Positions 19,750 to 29,612 are shown, counted from the stretch's first letter. The stretch: 64,000 nucleotides of DNA from Candidatus Omnitrophota bacterium (GCA_016201795.1 JACQCF010000010.1:15095-79094), one strand, 5' to 3'. Notes: generated by a model not told the origin, from the letters alone. Numbers and translations are program-made.

Positions 19750-21311
19750 TTCGCATACTCCACGGCCCTGGTTTCCCTGACCACCATCACCTTGATATGC
19801 CCGGGATATTCCATTTCTTCCTCGATTTTCTTGCGGATATCACGCGCCATGACAATGGCTTCATCGTCGTTGATTTTGTCCGGCATGACCACCACCCGAA
19901 TCTCGCGGCCGGCCTGAAGGGCATAAGATTTCTCCACCCCTTTAAAAGAATTGGAAATTTTCTCCAAATTCTCCAGACGTTTGATGTAAGTTTCCATGCT
20001 TTCGGCGCGCGCACCGGGACGGGCGGCAGAGATCGCATCCGCCGCAGAGACAAGAATACCATAAAGAGTATTCATCTCCACCTCACCGTGATGGCTTTCC
20101 ACCGCGTAGGCGACTTCATCGCTTTCACCGTATTTGCGCGCTAACCTGGCGCCGACAATGGCATGCGTGCCCTCTTCCACGTCGGAAGAGACCACTTTGC
20201 CGATATCATGCAAAATCCCGGCACGTTTGGCGACTTTAACATCCACTCCCAGCTGATAAGCCATAATGCCCATAAGTTTGGCCACCTCAATCGAGTGACT
20301 CAAACCGTTTTGACCGAAGGAGGTGCGGTAACGCAATCTACCGATGAGCTTGGTGAGCTCCGGATGCATGCCGTGGATGCCCAGTTCAATGACCGCACGC
20401 TCGCCTTCTTCTTTAATTTTTTTATCCAGATCTTCTTTGGCCTTCTCCACCACTTCCTCAATACGTCCGGGATGAATACGGCCGTCGGCAATCAACTGTT
20501 CGATGGCCATGCGCGCAATTTCCCGGCGCATCATGTCAAAACCGGAAATGGTCACCGCCTCGGGCGTATCGTCGATAATGATATCCACGCCTGTCGCCTG
20601 CTCCAGCGCGCGGATGTTGCGGCCTTCGCGCCCGATGATGCGGCCTTTCATTTCATCGGAAGGCAGAGGCACCACCGAGATGGTGGTCTCCGCCGTGTGG
20701 TCTGAAGCGCAGCGCTGAATGGCTATAGTAATGAGTTCACGTGCCTTTTTATCCGACTCTTCTTTGATCTGTTCGTTCATGTGGCGGATACGCAAAGCTT
20801 TCTCGCTGGCGAGTTCATCCTCAATACGGGCCAATAAAATCTTTTTGGCCTCCTCGGTGGAAAGATTGGCCACCGACTGCAACCGGTGTTTTTCTTCCGC
20901 CAAAACTTTCTCCAGCTGTTCGGTTTTTTCTTTAATCCTGGCCTCGGCTTCGCGCAAGACATCCAGGCGGGCGGCTAAATCCTTTTCCTTCTTCTCTAAT
21001 AAATCCACCCGTTTATCCAAATTTTCTTCACGGCTTAAAATGCGCTTCTCGGCGGTGCCAAGCTCTTCGCGACGGTCCTTGGTTTGGGCCTCAAACTCCT
21101 GGCGCATTTTCAAAAGCACATCTTTGGCCTGAAGTTCCGCTTCTTTGCGGATGGCCTCGGATTCCCGTCGGGCCAACTCGCGGATATCCGTGGCATTCTT
21201 TTGTGCCTCTTTAGAACGTCTGGAAGTTAAAAAATAATTTAAAAAAAATCCGGCGATGATGCAGCCTATGCCGACAAAAATAAAAATAAACACTCCTCCT
21301 AAGCTTTCCAT
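19746..21311 (-). CDS. rny: Ribonuclease Y
   Basis: 521 aa with an N-terminal TM, a coiled coil, a KH domain ([25 protein letters not shown]) and an HD domain (ILHDIGK). Confidence 0.93.
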   Translation of the reverse strand: MESLGGVFIFIFVGIGCIIAGFFLNYFLTSRRSKEAQKNATDIRELARRESEAIRKEAELQAKDVLLKMRQEFEAQTKDRREELGTAEKRILSREENLDKRVDLLEKKEKDLAARLDVLREAEARIKEKTEQLEKVLAEEKHRLQSVANLSTEEAKKILLARIEDELASEKALRIRHMNEQIKEESDKKARELITIAIQRCASDHTAETTISVVPLPSDEMKGRIIGREGRNIRALEQATGVDIIIDDTPEAVTISGFDMMRREIARMAIEQLIADGRIHPGRIEEVVEKAKEDLDKKIKEEGERAVIELGIHGMHPELTKLIGRLRYRTSFGQNGLSHSIEVAKLMGIMAYQLGVDVKVAKRAGILHDIGKVVSSDVEEGTHAIVGARLARKYGESDEVAYAVESHHGEVEMNTLYGILVSAADAISAARPGARAESMETYIKRLENLEKISNSFKGVEKSYALQAGREIRVVVMPDKINDDEAIVMARDIRKKIEEEMEYPGHIKVMVVRETRAVEYAK

Positions 21312-21355
21312 GGCAACTACCCCTTTCCATCAATATTGACAGGCGAACGTGTGGT

Positions 21356-21907
21356 TTAATTAGCGACGACGACCGAGACAGCAACATCATGCTGTTGGAC
21401 AGGAAGGCGATCCGTTAACTGAAAATCAAAGGCTAAACCAATGGTTGGAATATCCGGCGGCAAATTTTTAAGAAAACGGTCGTAATAACCGGCGCCGCGG
21501 CCCAAACGGTTGTTGGACCTATCAAACGCCAGCCCGGGCACAATGACCGCGTCGATATCCTCAAGGGCCACTGCCTTTGAGGCATCATAACGCGGCTGGG
21601 CAATACCATAAACACCGTTTTCTAAATCAGTCACCTTTTTGGTTAATGTAGGAATCATTTTCCTTTGATGGCGTACCACCATGGGTAAACAAATGCGTTT
21701 TTTCAGTTGAATAGCCTTGACTATCATCGCGAAAGTATCCACTTCGCCCGGCAGGGAAGCATAAAATAGGATTGTTTTAGCCCTCTGGACAGCGTCAAGC
21801 TCAAAGAGTTTGGCCTCAATCAGACGGCTCTTGTTTCTTCTATCCTTGCTTGCCTGCTTCTTAAGAAGCTCTAAATAATACTTTCTTAAAGAGCTTTTAT
21901 CCTTCAT
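21356..21907 (-). CDS. 5-formyltetrahydrofolate cyclo-ligase
   Basis: 183 aa with the conserved GLAFDRSNNRLGRGAGYYDRFL C-terminal motif. Confidence 0.85.
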   Translation of the reverse strand: MKDKSSLRKYYLELLKKQASKDRRNKSRLIEAKLFELDAVQRAKTILFYASLPGEVDTFAMIVKAIQLKKRICLPMVVRHQRKMIPTLTKKVTDLENGVYGIAQPRYDASKAVALEDIDAVIVPGLAFDRSNNRLGRGAGYYDRFLKNLPPDIPTIGLAFDFQLTDRLPVQQHDVAVSVVVAN

Positions 21908-21974
21908 GCGGGCGATATATTATCACTTTTTCTTAAATCTGTCCATTCTCTCTTTGAGCCTGGCTTCAGGGCCC

Positions 21975-22125
21975 ATAAAAAATAATCCCGCAATGCCGTT
22001 GGGTTGGTGTAATGAGAACCATGTTCTCAAAGTGGATGCCGGTGTCCCGCCAAAGGCGGGAAGAACCAGCTCCCTAGTGTATTGTTTGTGGTTCAATACA
22101 TCCAAGACCCTGACGCACACCGCAG
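21975..22125 (-). ncRNA. ssrS: Candidate 6S RNA (ssrS) immediately upstream of the 5-FCL gene
   Basis: A 270-nt non-coding gap lies between pheT and the 5-FCL gene in the orientation of the conserved ssrS-ygfA linkage. A long-range closing stem AUCCUGCGGUG (22107-22117) pairs with CAUUGCGGGAU (21984-21994), with internal hairpins CCCGCCUUUGGCGGG and GAGAACAUGGUUCUC. Not verified against a covariance model. Confidence 0.35.
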
Positions 22126-22177
22126 GATAAATATATCCTACGCTCCATAGAGTTCAAGAGCAAGAATTTTATATGAG

Positions 22178-24202
22178 TTAGCGCAGCGTTGCGCCAAGCT
22201 TGGTATTTAAAGCCTGCAGGATTGTTTGATGCGTGCGGTACACTTCTTCTTCGCGTAAGGTACGCTTGGGAGATTGATAAATCAGCGAGAAGACCAGACC
22301 TTTAGACCCCGGGGTGATTTTATCGCCGGCATAGCGCTCAATAAACTGCACGTCACACAAAATATCCCCGCCGTGGCAACGGCAGACGTCTTCGATTGAA
22401 CCATAAGCAACATCTTTTTTCACCGACACCGACACATCACGCACCACTGCCGGGAATTCCGGTAAAGGTTTAAACGGACGCCTCTTTTGGGGCAAAACAA
22501 ACAAAGTTTCCAAATCGATTTCGGCAAAATAAATATCCTGATGTTTGATATCCCAATTTTTCAAAACGCTTCGGTCTAATTTTCCAGCCGCACCGAGGGC
22601 CTGCCCGTTGAGTTTAAGAGCGCTGCGACAAGCCTCATCTAAAAAAGATTCTTGGCTGGCCTGAAAGGAAACATCAACACCCAAAGCATCAAGAACATTC
22701 TTCAAAGCACCTTTAAGATCAAAAAATTCCATCTGTTCTTTGCGCGAAAGGCGCCAATCTTGATAGCGGCTTCCAGTCAAAAGCACTGCCAGCGTCGTCT
22801 TTTCTCCTTCGTGGAAATATCTTTTGGCGATTTCAAACAGACACAAATTCTTTTGTCCGTGGTTGAAATTACCCGCGACAATCGAAAGCAGACTGGGCAA
22901 CAGCGATGGACGCATCAGCTGTTGGTCAACGGTCAGCGGATTAAACACACGTACGGCCTTTAAGTTTTCTTGTCGGCATTTGGCTAAATCTTTGGCGTTG
23001 GTCATGGAGAGCGTCACCACCTCATCAACACCGCCAGCCATCAAAGTTTCTCGGATAATTTTTTTGATCTGTGCGGGCCGCGGATCCATAATCAAATTTT
23101 GAGCCCTTATCTGAGGGAGGCTGGTGGGTATGCGGTCAAAACCAATGGTGCGGGCGACTTCCTCAATTAAATCCACACTTTGTTTAACGTCCCCCCGAAA
23201 ACTGGGGGCCAGCACCATCAACGATGGTCCTTTAAGGGAAACTTGAAAATCGAGACTGGTGAAAATACGTTTAAGATCAGCCAAAGTAACCTTTAATCCC
23301 AAAAGATTTTCAATTTCATCAACGGTGATTTTGATGGGTTTAAAAGAGCCTTTGGGCGCATAGGCCGCATCCGTGCGGGCCGTGCAATGGCCTTTAGTGG
23401 GCTCCAATAATAAATCGGTGGCACGATTGGCGCCGACAAGAACTCCTGGCCAGTCGACATTACGCTCAAAGCGATAGGAAGAATCGCTGCGCAACCCCAA
23501 GCGACGGCTGGCGCGGCGCATGAGCGTCATGTCAAAATGCGCGCTTTCTAATAAAATGTTTTTCGTCGAGAAGGTTACTTCTGTATCCTTGCCACCCATG
23601 ATCCCGGCAATGGCCACCGGCTTTTGGGCGTCGGCAATCACTAAAATGGACGCATCCAACGCGCGCTCCACACCGTCGATGGTGGTGATTTTCTCGCCGG
23701 CCTTAGCGCGGCGCACCACTATTTTACCACCCACGATTTTATCATAATCGAACACATGCAAGGGCTGTCCGGTCTCCATTAAAACAAAATTGGTGACGTC
23801 CACCGCATTGTTGATCGGCCTTAAAGACACGGCGTTGACTCTCTCTTGAAGCCATGCGGGCGAATCCGCCACCGTTGCCTCTCGAATGAGTGTCCCAATA
23901 TGGCGGCTGCAATCTTTTTTATCTTCGATGTTGATGGGAATTGTATTTGAGGTGGGCTTGTAATTTTTTATTTTAGGATATTTAATCTTCTTTCCGGTGA
24001 TAGCACCAATCTCACGGGCCAAGCCCAGCACGCTTAAACAGTCCGGGCGATTGGGCGTGATTTCCACCTCCAACACCGTGTCACTGCCGAGGGTCTGTCT
24101 GGACTCGACGTCCCAGCCAGCCATGACCAGGCGGTCCATAAGCTTTTCCGTCGATAACTTAGGGTCTATATAATCTTTGAGCCAATTTAAGGATAACTTC
24201 AT
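22178..24202 (-). CDS. pheT: Phenylalanyl-tRNA synthetase beta subunit (short form lacking the N-terminal OB-fold tRNA-binding domain)
   Basis: 674 aa: MKLSLNWLKDYIDP...VLEVEITPNRPDCLSVLGLAREI, with B3/4, B5 and catalytic-like domains. About 110 aa shorter than E. coli PheT. Confidence 0.9.
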   Translation of the reverse strand: MKLSLNWLKDYIDPKLSTEKLMDRLVMAGWDVESRQTLGSDTVLEVEITPNRPDCLSVLGLAREIGAITGKKIKYPKIKNYKPTSNTIPINIEDKKDCSRHIGTLIREATVADSPAWLQERVNAVSLRPINNAVDVTNFVLMETGQPLHVFDYDKIVGGKIVVRRAKAGEKITTIDGVERALDASILVIADAQKPVAIAGIMGGKDTEVTFSTKNILLESAHFDMTLMRRASRRLGLRSDSSYRFERNVDWPGVLVGANRATDLLLEPTKGHCTARTDAAYAPKGSFKPIKITVDEIENLLGLKVTLADLKRIFTSLDFQVSLKGPSLMVLAPSFRGDVKQSVDLIEEVARTIGFDRIPTSLPQIRAQNLIMDPRPAQIKKIIRETLMAGGVDEVVTLSMTNAKDLAKCRQENLKAVRVFNPLTVDQQLMRPSLLPSLLSIVAGNFNHGQKNLCLFEIAKRYFHEGEKTTLAVLLTGSRYQDWRLSRKEQMEFFDLKGALKNVLDALGVDVSFQASQESFLDEACRSALKLNGQALGAAGKLDRSVLKNWDIKHQDIYFAEIDLETLFVLPQKRRPFKPLPEFPAVVRDVSVSVKKDVAYGSIEDVCRCHGGDILCDVQFIERYAGDKITPGSKGLVFSLIYQSPKRTLREEEVYRTHQTILQALNTKLGATLR

Positions 24203-24213
24203 ATTTTTCGAAC

Positions 24214-24290
24214 TGCTTTTGTGGTCCTGTCCTCAGGTATCCCCATCGTCCTCATTCTTGCGGGCGATGGGGATGCCCCTCCTTCGGCCA
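24214..24290. repeat. Intergenic hairpin repeat, copy 1 (second copy at 37100-37170)
   Basis: ggtcctgtcctcaggtATCCCCATCGtcctcattcttgcgggCGATGGGGATgcccc. About 55 nt is shared with 37105-37160 at roughly 85% identity (GTCCTGTCyTCrGGyATCCCCATCGTCCTCrTTCyTGCGGGCGATGG). Confidence 0.6.
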
Positions 24291-24299
24291 CCCCAAAGT

Positions 24300-25322
24300 C
24301 TAAAACTGCCTTAAAAACCGCACATCGTTCTGGTAAAACAAACGGATATCATTGATTCCGTACTTGAGCATGGCCATGCGCTCAACGCCCAGACCGAACG
24401 CAAATCCCGTATATTTGCCCGACGGATAACCCACCGCCTCAAAGACCTTGGGGTTAATCATGCCACAGCCTAAAATCTCCAGCCATTTCTTTTTTCCGAT
24501 CCCCAAGGTCTCGGCGGAAATATCCACCTCCGCCGAGGGCTCCGTAAACGGAAAAAAGTGCGGACGAAAACGCATCTTCAGCGACGAGCCGAAGAATCTT
24601 TTACAAAATTCCATCAACAAACCTTTTAAATCCGAAAACTGTACCTTACGATCAACCAAAAATCCTTCCACCTGATGGAACATCAACGAGTGGCTGGCAT
24701 CCACGGCATCCGGCCGATACACGCGCCCCGGGACAATCACCGCCAAAGGCGGCTTGTGCTCTTTCATAATCCTGATCTGCCCCGGCGAGGTGTGACTTCT
24801 TAACAGCAGACGTCTGCCCTTGGCGCCAGGGTCGTCTTGATCCAAATAAAACGTATCAAAAGCATCGCGCGAAGGATGGTCCAGGGCGATATTAAGCCCC
24901 GTAAAATTATGAAACTCCGTTTCAATCTCCGGAGTCTCGATGCTGGCAAACCCTAATTTTTCAAAAACATCGATGATCTCATCAATGGTTTGCGTCAAAA
25001 GATGAGGACGTCCTAAAACAGCAGCCGTCCCGGGAAGCGACGGATCAATCCCCGCGTCCTGCCCCGCTAAGGGTGAGCCAGCGGGGGCTAATCCTTTCGA
25101 TTTTTCTTCAATCCATTGAGTAACCAAAGCGCGCAGGTCATTAGCCGCTTTGCCGATGGCCGCTTTATCCTGGGGAACGGCCGCGCTCAATGAGGCAAAA
25201 ATCTCGGCGACGATACCCTTTTTCCCTAAATATTTTAGACGATACGCTCCCAGGGCTTTCACGTCGCTGAGACCTTGAGCTTCTTCTCTGGCTTGCTGTT
25301 GAATTTGTTGAAAATTATGCAT
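24300..25322 (-). CDS. pheS: Phenylalanyl-tRNA synthetase alpha subunit
   Basis: 340 aa class II aaRS with motif 2/3-like sequences (FRPHFFPFTEPSAEVD, GFAFGLGVERMAML). Confidence 0.93.
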   Translation of the reverse strand: MHNFQQIQQQAREEAQGLSDVKALGAYRLKYLGKKGIVAEIFASLSAAVPQDKAAIGKAANDLRALVTQWIEEKSKGLAPAGSPLAGQDAGIDPSLPGTAAVLGRPHLLTQTIDEIIDVFEKLGFASIETPEIETEFHNFTGLNIALDHPSRDAFDTFYLDQDDPGAKGRRLLLRSHTSPGQIRIMKEHKPPLAVIVPGRVYRPDAVDASHSLMFHQVEGFLVDRKVQFSDLKGLLMEFCKRFFGSSLKMRFRPHFFPFTEPSAEVDISAETLGIGKKKWLEILGCGMINPKVFEAVGYPSGKYTGFAFGLGVERMAMLKYGINDIRLFYQNDVRFLRQF

Positions 25323-25356
25323 AAAGAAAAAAGCCCCGCCAAAGGGCAGGGCTTAA
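25322..25356 (-). terminator. Rho-independent terminator after rplT
   Basis: Minus-strand AAGCCCTGCCCTTTGGCGGGGCTT stem-loop followed by TTTTTCTTT, between the rplT stop and the pheS start. Confidence 0.55.
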
Positions 25357-25373
25357 ATTTACTTCTGCCTCAA

Positions 25374-25817
25374 CTACGCTTTGGCTTTTGCTTTCGCAGT
25401 TTTCTTAGCTGGAGCTACTGTCTTTTCCGCTTTTCCCGCGCTTTGAGCCGGGGCTGCTTTTAAAGTAGGCGCATTCTTGGCGGTTTCAATGATTTGGCCG
25501 AACGCCTCGGGCGCGCTCACAGCTAAATTCGCCAGGACTTTGCGGTCCAGGGCGATACTGGCCAACTTCAAACCGCGGATGAAGCGGCTGTAAGAAATTC
25601 CTGATTCACGGCAGGCCGCGTTTAAACGCAAAATCCACAGGGAACGGAATTCACCCTTTTTCTTTTTGCGGTCGTAGAAGGCATATTGACGCGAAGCGAT
25701 CAAAGATTTAATAGCTTCCTTGTAACGCTTGCTGCGGTTGCCCCACTGGCCTTTGGCTTCCTTTAAAACGCGCTTTTTTCTTTTATGCGCGTAAACAGTG
25801 CTTTTAATGCGTACCAT
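25374..25817 (-). CDS. rplT: 50S ribosomal protein L20 with Ala/Lys-rich C-terminal extension
   Basis: MVRIKSTVYAHKRKKRVLKEAKGQWGNRSKRYK... matches L20. The extra ~30 aa tail is ...APAKKTAKAKAKA. Confidence 0.9.
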   Translation of the reverse strand: MVRIKSTVYAHKRKKRVLKEAKGQWGNRSKRYKEAIKSLIASRQYAFYDRKKKKGEFRSLWILRLNAACRESGISYSRFIRGLKLASIALDRKVLANLAVSAPEAFGQIIETAKNAPTLKAAPAQSAGKAEKTVAPAKKTAKAKAKA

Positions 25818-26022
25818 AGGGTAATAACCTCCTGATGCGCTTGGCGTCCGTCGTGGAAAGATAACCGGCTTTCCTCAATTGGCGTTTATGTTTGCGTGAT
25901 TTTTTACTTAAAATATGCTGGCGTCCGGCATTGCGTTTTTTGAGAAGACCACTTTTGGTCATGCGCAAACGTTTGGCCGCGCTTTTATTCGTTTTTAATT
26001 TTCCTTTTTTACCAATGCCCAT
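25804..26022 (-). CDS. rpmI: 50S ribosomal protein L35
   Basis: 72 aa basic protein sitting between infC and rplT. Confidence 0.85.
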   Translation of the reverse strand: MGIGKKGKLKTNKSAAKRLRMTKSGLLKKRNAGRQHILSKKSRKHKRQLRKAGYLSTTDAKRIRRLLPYGTH

Positions 26023-26085
26023 ATTATTTCCTTCTTAAATAGATCCCTCGCTTAAAGGCTCGGGATGATCCCGTCTTTGGCGGGA

Positions 26086-26601
26086 TCATTTTTCCGCTTT
26101 CGGCGCCAACACCATTGAAACGATGCGGCCTTCTGCCAGCGGCGCTCTCTCGACGATCGCATGATCCGCTGTCTTGGCGATCACTTTCTCCAGCACCGCC
26201 TTCCATTGGTCTCTAAAGGACATCTCACGGCCCTGAAAAACCAGATTGATTTTCACTTTGTCTTTCTTGCTCAAAAAACCGACGGCCTGTTTCATCTTGA
26301 TATCCATATCATGGTTGCCGATATGGGGCTTGATGCGAATCTGTTTTAAATGAGTGACACGTTGATTCTTTTTGACTTTGCGTTCCTTCTTTTCCTGATC
26401 GTATTTGTATTTGCTAAAGTTGATAATGCGGCACACCGGCGGGCTGGCCGTGGGAGCCACTTCCACCAAGTCCAACTCATACTCATTAGATAATTCCATA
26501 GCTCTTTGGAAAGAAACAACGCCTAATTGCTCGGAGTTCGGTCCGATGACACGTACCTCCTTGGAACGGATTTGATGATTAATGCGAATGTGCTTTAAAA
26601 T
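26086..26601 (-). CDS. infC: Translation initiation factor IF-3, probable AUU start
   Basis: The ORF track begins at the internal Met (26499). The upstream in-frame peptide ILKHIRINHQIRSKEVRVIGPNSEQLGVVSFQRA is the conserved IF3 N-domain. AGGAGG (26614-26609) is followed 6 nt later by an ATT codon at 26601, the classic autoregulatory start. Confidence 0.8.
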   Translation of the reverse strand: MLKHIRINHQIRSKEVRVIGPNSEQLGVVSFQRAMELSNEYELDLVEVAPTASPPVCRIINFSKYKYDQEKKERKVKKNQRVTHLKQIRIKPHIGNHDMDIKMKQAVGFLSKKDKVKINLVFQGREMSFRDQWKAVLEKVIAKTADHAIVERAPLAEGRIVSMVLAPKAEK

Positions 26602-26642
26602 AATCTCCCTCCTTCAAATAGGTGTTCTATTATCTCTAAATT

Positions 26643-28466
26643 TTATTTCTTGTCAATAACCTGTTGTTTGAGCCGCCCCAACAAATCCTGCGGGCTCATG
26701 GAACCCAAATCCCCATCGCTATGAGAGCGCACCGCAAGCATTTGCGAAGAGGCTTCTTTGTCGCCGATCACAATTTGATACGGAATCTTTTGCACGGCTG
26801 CCTCGCGGATGCGTTTGGAAAGCGACTCATTGCGGCTATCAACCGTCACGCGGAATCCCTCATCGACCAATGTCTTTTTGATTTCTTCTGCAAACCCCTG
26901 GTGATCCGGTTTGATGGGAATGACCACGATTTGACGGGGCGCCAGCCACAGCGGGAAATGCCCGGCATAGTGTTCAATGAGCGTTCCGATAAAACGCTCT
27001 AAGGAGCCTAAAATAGCCCGATGCACCATAATGGGCCTGGCCTGCCGGCCCTGCTCGTCGATGTAATGCAAATCAAAACGTTCGGGGAGCGCGAAATCGC
27101 ATTGGATCGTCCCACATTGCCAAAAGCGGCCAATGGCATCTTTGAGTTTAATGTCGATCTTAGGCCCATAAAAAGCGCCTTCGCCTTCATTAATGTCATA
27201 CTTTATTTTTTTGGCATCGAGCGCCTCTTTTAAAGATTTGGTTGCTTTATCCCAATTTTCCTGGCTGCCGATAAAATCCTGCGGCCGGGTGGACAATTCG
27301 ATGCACAGATCTTCAAACCCAAAATCCTTCATGGTTTCAAATGCAAAATCCAGAACACTCATAACTTCTTCTTTAATCTGATCCGGCCTTAAAAAAATAT
27401 GCGCATCGTCCTGGGTAAAGCCCCTGACGCGCAAAAGTCCATGCAGCACGCCGGCTTTTTCCTGACGATAAACGGTGCCCAATTCAAAATAACGAATAGG
27501 CAAATCACGGTAAGAGCGCAGTTGGGATTTGTAAATAAGCATATGCCCAGGGCAGTTCATGGGCTTGACCGCATAATCTTCGTCGTCGACTTTAAAATAA
27601 TACATGTTTTGTTGGTAATGCTCGGCGTGGCCGGAAACTTCCCAGAGCTTACCCTTTAACATATGGGGTGTCATCACCAATTGGTAACCGTGCTTTAAAT
27701 GCTGGGCGCGCACATAGTCCTCGATGATTTTGCGCAGCATGGCGCCGTTGGGATGATAAAAGACGAGTCCTGCGCCGGCGGTTTCGTGATAGACGTGAAA
27801 CAAATCCAGCTGGGTGGCGAGTTTGCGGTGGTCGCGTTTGGCCGCCTCCTCGAGCATTTTCAAATACTCGTCGAGCTCCGGTTTGGTAAAAAAAGCTGTG
27901 CCGTAAATACGCTGGAGCATGGGCTTTTTTTCGTCGCCGTGCCAGTAGGCTCCGGCCACGGAAAGCAATTTAAAAGCCTTAATAAGCCCCGCGTGCTCGA
28001 CGTGGGGACCCTTGCACAAATCCAACCACGCCTGGCCGGTTTTATAAACGGAAATTTCCTCATCCGCTAAGAGGGCCTCAATCAACTCCACTTTATAGGT
28101 CTCGCCTTTGGAGAGAAAATATTCAATGGCTTTGCCACGCGGCCAAACCTCCTTGGTCATGGGGAACTTTTGGCTGATAATCTGCGCCATGCGCTTCTCG
28201 ATAGTCTTTAAATCCTCGTCGGTAAAAGGCTCTTTGCGGTCGAAATCATAATAAAAGCCGGTCTCGATGGCCGGGCCGATGGTGACCTTGGTCTGCGGCC
28301 AAAGTTCCTGCACCGCCTGGGCCATCACATGCGCGCAGGTGTGGCGAAGTTTATCTATGTCTTTGGAATAATCCATACGTAAATATTTATACATGGGGCG
28401 GGTCCGTCTCACCCACCAAAACTTTGTTTTGGCGAGGTGGACGAGACCTCGCCCATAATTTTGCAA
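26643..28466 (-). CDS. thrS: Threonyl-tRNA synthetase (apparently lacking the N-terminal TGS domain)
   Basis: 607 aa; RHTCAHVMAQAVQELWP is the N2 editing-domain motif. Class II catalytic and anticodon-binding domains follow. The exact start is uncertain (M1 or the MYKYL Met). Confidence 0.9.
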   Translation of the reverse strand: MQNYGRGLVHLAKTKFWWVRRTRPMYKYLRMDYSKDIDKLRHTCAHVMAQAVQELWPQTKVTIGPAIETGFYYDFDRKEPFTDEDLKTIEKRMAQIISQKFPMTKEVWPRGKAIEYFLSKGETYKVELIEALLADEEISVYKTGQAWLDLCKGPHVEHAGLIKAFKLLSVAGAYWHGDEKKPMLQRIYGTAFFTKPELDEYLKMLEEAAKRDHRKLATQLDLFHVYHETAGAGLVFYHPNGAMLRKIIEDYVRAQHLKHGYQLVMTPHMLKGKLWEVSGHAEHYQQNMYYFKVDDEDYAVKPMNCPGHMLIYKSQLRSYRDLPIRYFELGTVYRQEKAGVLHGLLRVRGFTQDDAHIFLRPDQIKEEVMSVLDFAFETMKDFGFEDLCIELSTRPQDFIGSQENWDKATKSLKEALDAKKIKYDINEGEGAFYGPKIDIKLKDAIGRFWQCGTIQCDFALPERFDLHYIDEQGRQARPIMVHRAILGSLERFIGTLIEHYAGHFPLWLAPRQIVVIPIKPDHQGFAEEIKKTLVDEGFRVTVDSRNESLSKRIREAAVQKIPYQIVIGDKEASSQMLAVRSHSDGDLGSMSPQDLLGRLKQQVIDKK

Positions 28467-28476
28467 AGCAAAATTA

Positions 28477-28560
28477 TGGGCGGGGAGGGACTTGAACCCT
28501 CACGGCCTTACGGCCACAGGATTTTAAGTCCTGCGTGTATACCGATTCCACCACCCGCCC
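28477..28560 (-). tRNA. tRNA-Leu (anticodon UAA), long variable arm
   Basis: Minus-strand reading GGGCGGGTGGTGGAATCGG...GGACTTAAAATCC...variable arm TGTGGCCGTAAGGCCGTGAG...GGTTCAAGTCC...CCCGCCCA. Confidence 0.8.
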
Positions 28561-28570
28561 GTCAACAAAA

Positions 28571-28645
28571 TGGACCCGAGGGGGCTCGAACCTCTGACCT
28601 TTTCCATGTCAAGGAAACGCTCTAACCAAACTGAGCTACGGGTCC
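28571..28645 (-). tRNA. tRNA-Val (anticodon GAC)
   Basis: GGACCCGTAGCTCAGTTTGGTTAGAGCGTTTCCTTGACATGGAAAAGGTCAGAGGTTCGAGCCCCCTCGGGTCCA. Anticodon stem TTTCC/GGAAA with loop TTGACAT. Confidence 0.8.
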
Positions 28646-28662
28646 TGATCTTGACAAAAACT

Positions 28663-28737
28663 TGGAGGCGCGAGCCGGAATCGAACCGGCGTATGGCGGT
28701 TTTGCAGACCGCCGCCTTACCACTTGGCTATCGCGCC
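28663..28737 (-). tRNA. tRNA-Cys (anticodon GCA), CCA encoded
   Basis: GGCGCGATAGCCAAGTGGTAAGGCGGCGGTCTGCAAAACCGCCATACGCCGGTTCGATTCCGGCTCGCGCCTCCA. Confidence 0.8.
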
Positions 28738-28753
28738 ATCAATGATCTCTGCC

Positions 28754-29284
28754 TTATGATATTTTTTTCAAAACGGTCTTCACAATGTCTTGCACATCCG
28801 CCAGATGCCCCACCCCGACGACACCGCAGGCCAGTTTCCCCTTGGTCGGCTCAATGAACCTGACGCCGTGCTTTTTGAGTTTGGCGCAATTCTCCTGCAC
28901 GATGGCATTGGCATACATATCATCATTCATCGCCGGGGCCAAAAAAATCGGTGCACGGGTCGTCACCAACAAGGTGGTTAATAAATCATCCGCTAACCCA
29001 TGGGCCATTTTGCCAATGACGTTGGCGGTCGCCGGTGCCACCACCACCACATCGGCTTTGGAAAGTTCAATATGCCCCATGTTCCAGTTACTGGCGCAAA
29101 ACATATCACCGTAAACATCTTTGCCCGATAACGTCGCGAGTGTCAAAGGCGTAACAAATTCTGTGGCCTCTTTGGTCATCACCACCGTCACGTCGCAGTT
29201 TTGCTCTTGAAAACGGCGGATGATATCCCCCGCTTTATAGGCGGCAATGCTGCCGGTGACGCCTAAAACAATTTTTTTCTTCAT
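28754..29284 (-). CDS. coaC: Phosphopantothenoylcysteine decarboxylase-type flavoprotein (CoaC / HFCD family, stand-alone)
   Basis: 176 aa MKKKIVLGVTGSIAAYKAGDIIRRF... is a flavin-binding Rossmann fold. It sits in the conserved gmk-rpoZ-coaBC neighbourhood. Confidence 0.8.
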   Translation of the reverse strand: MKKKIVLGVTGSIAAYKAGDIIRRFQEQNCDVTVVMTKEATEFVTPLTLATLSGKDVYGDMFCASNWNMGHIELSKADVVVVAPATANVIGKMAHGLADDLLTTLLVTTRAPIFLAPAMNDDMYANAIVQENCAKLKKHGVRFIEPTKGKLACGVVGVGHLADVQDIVKTVLKKIS

Positions 29285-29523
29285 TTGACCCGCCTTGTGG
29301 CGGGTCCGGAAGCAGACTCTTCTTGGGCAATGGGTTTTTCAACGACTTTGCTCTGCCTGATTTCTTCTAAAGCCGTCGTGGTTAATTTCTGTTCGGTGGG
29401 GGCGATAATCAATTTTGCGCCGGTTTCGGAAAGTTCCAAAGCGCGTTTGGAGGCCAAGCGTACCAGACGATAAATACTATCATTGGCTTTTGGTAATAAT
29501 TCTTCCAGGGGTTGATAAGCCAT
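29281..29523 (-). CDS. rpoZ: DNA-directed RNA polymerase subunit omega
   Basis: 80 aa ...SIYRLVRLASKRALEL... is the RpoZ signature. Confidence 0.85.
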   Translation of the reverse strand: MAYQPLEELLPKANDSIYRLVRLASKRALELSETGAKLIIAPTEQKLTTTALEEIRQSKVVEKPIAQEESASGPATRRVK

Positions 29524-29612
29524 CCTTGTTCCTCCTTGCCAATGCGTCTGGTCTCAAACGCTTTTGGTCTGCCTTTAAGAAATGTTATTTATAACACAGC
29601 CATTTTTTATTG

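Noticed and set aside
21923-22120. 65-aa minus-strand ORF between pheT and the 5-FCL gene
   Set aside because: No RBS or recognisable fold. The region is better explained as a structured ncRNA, the 6S candidate.
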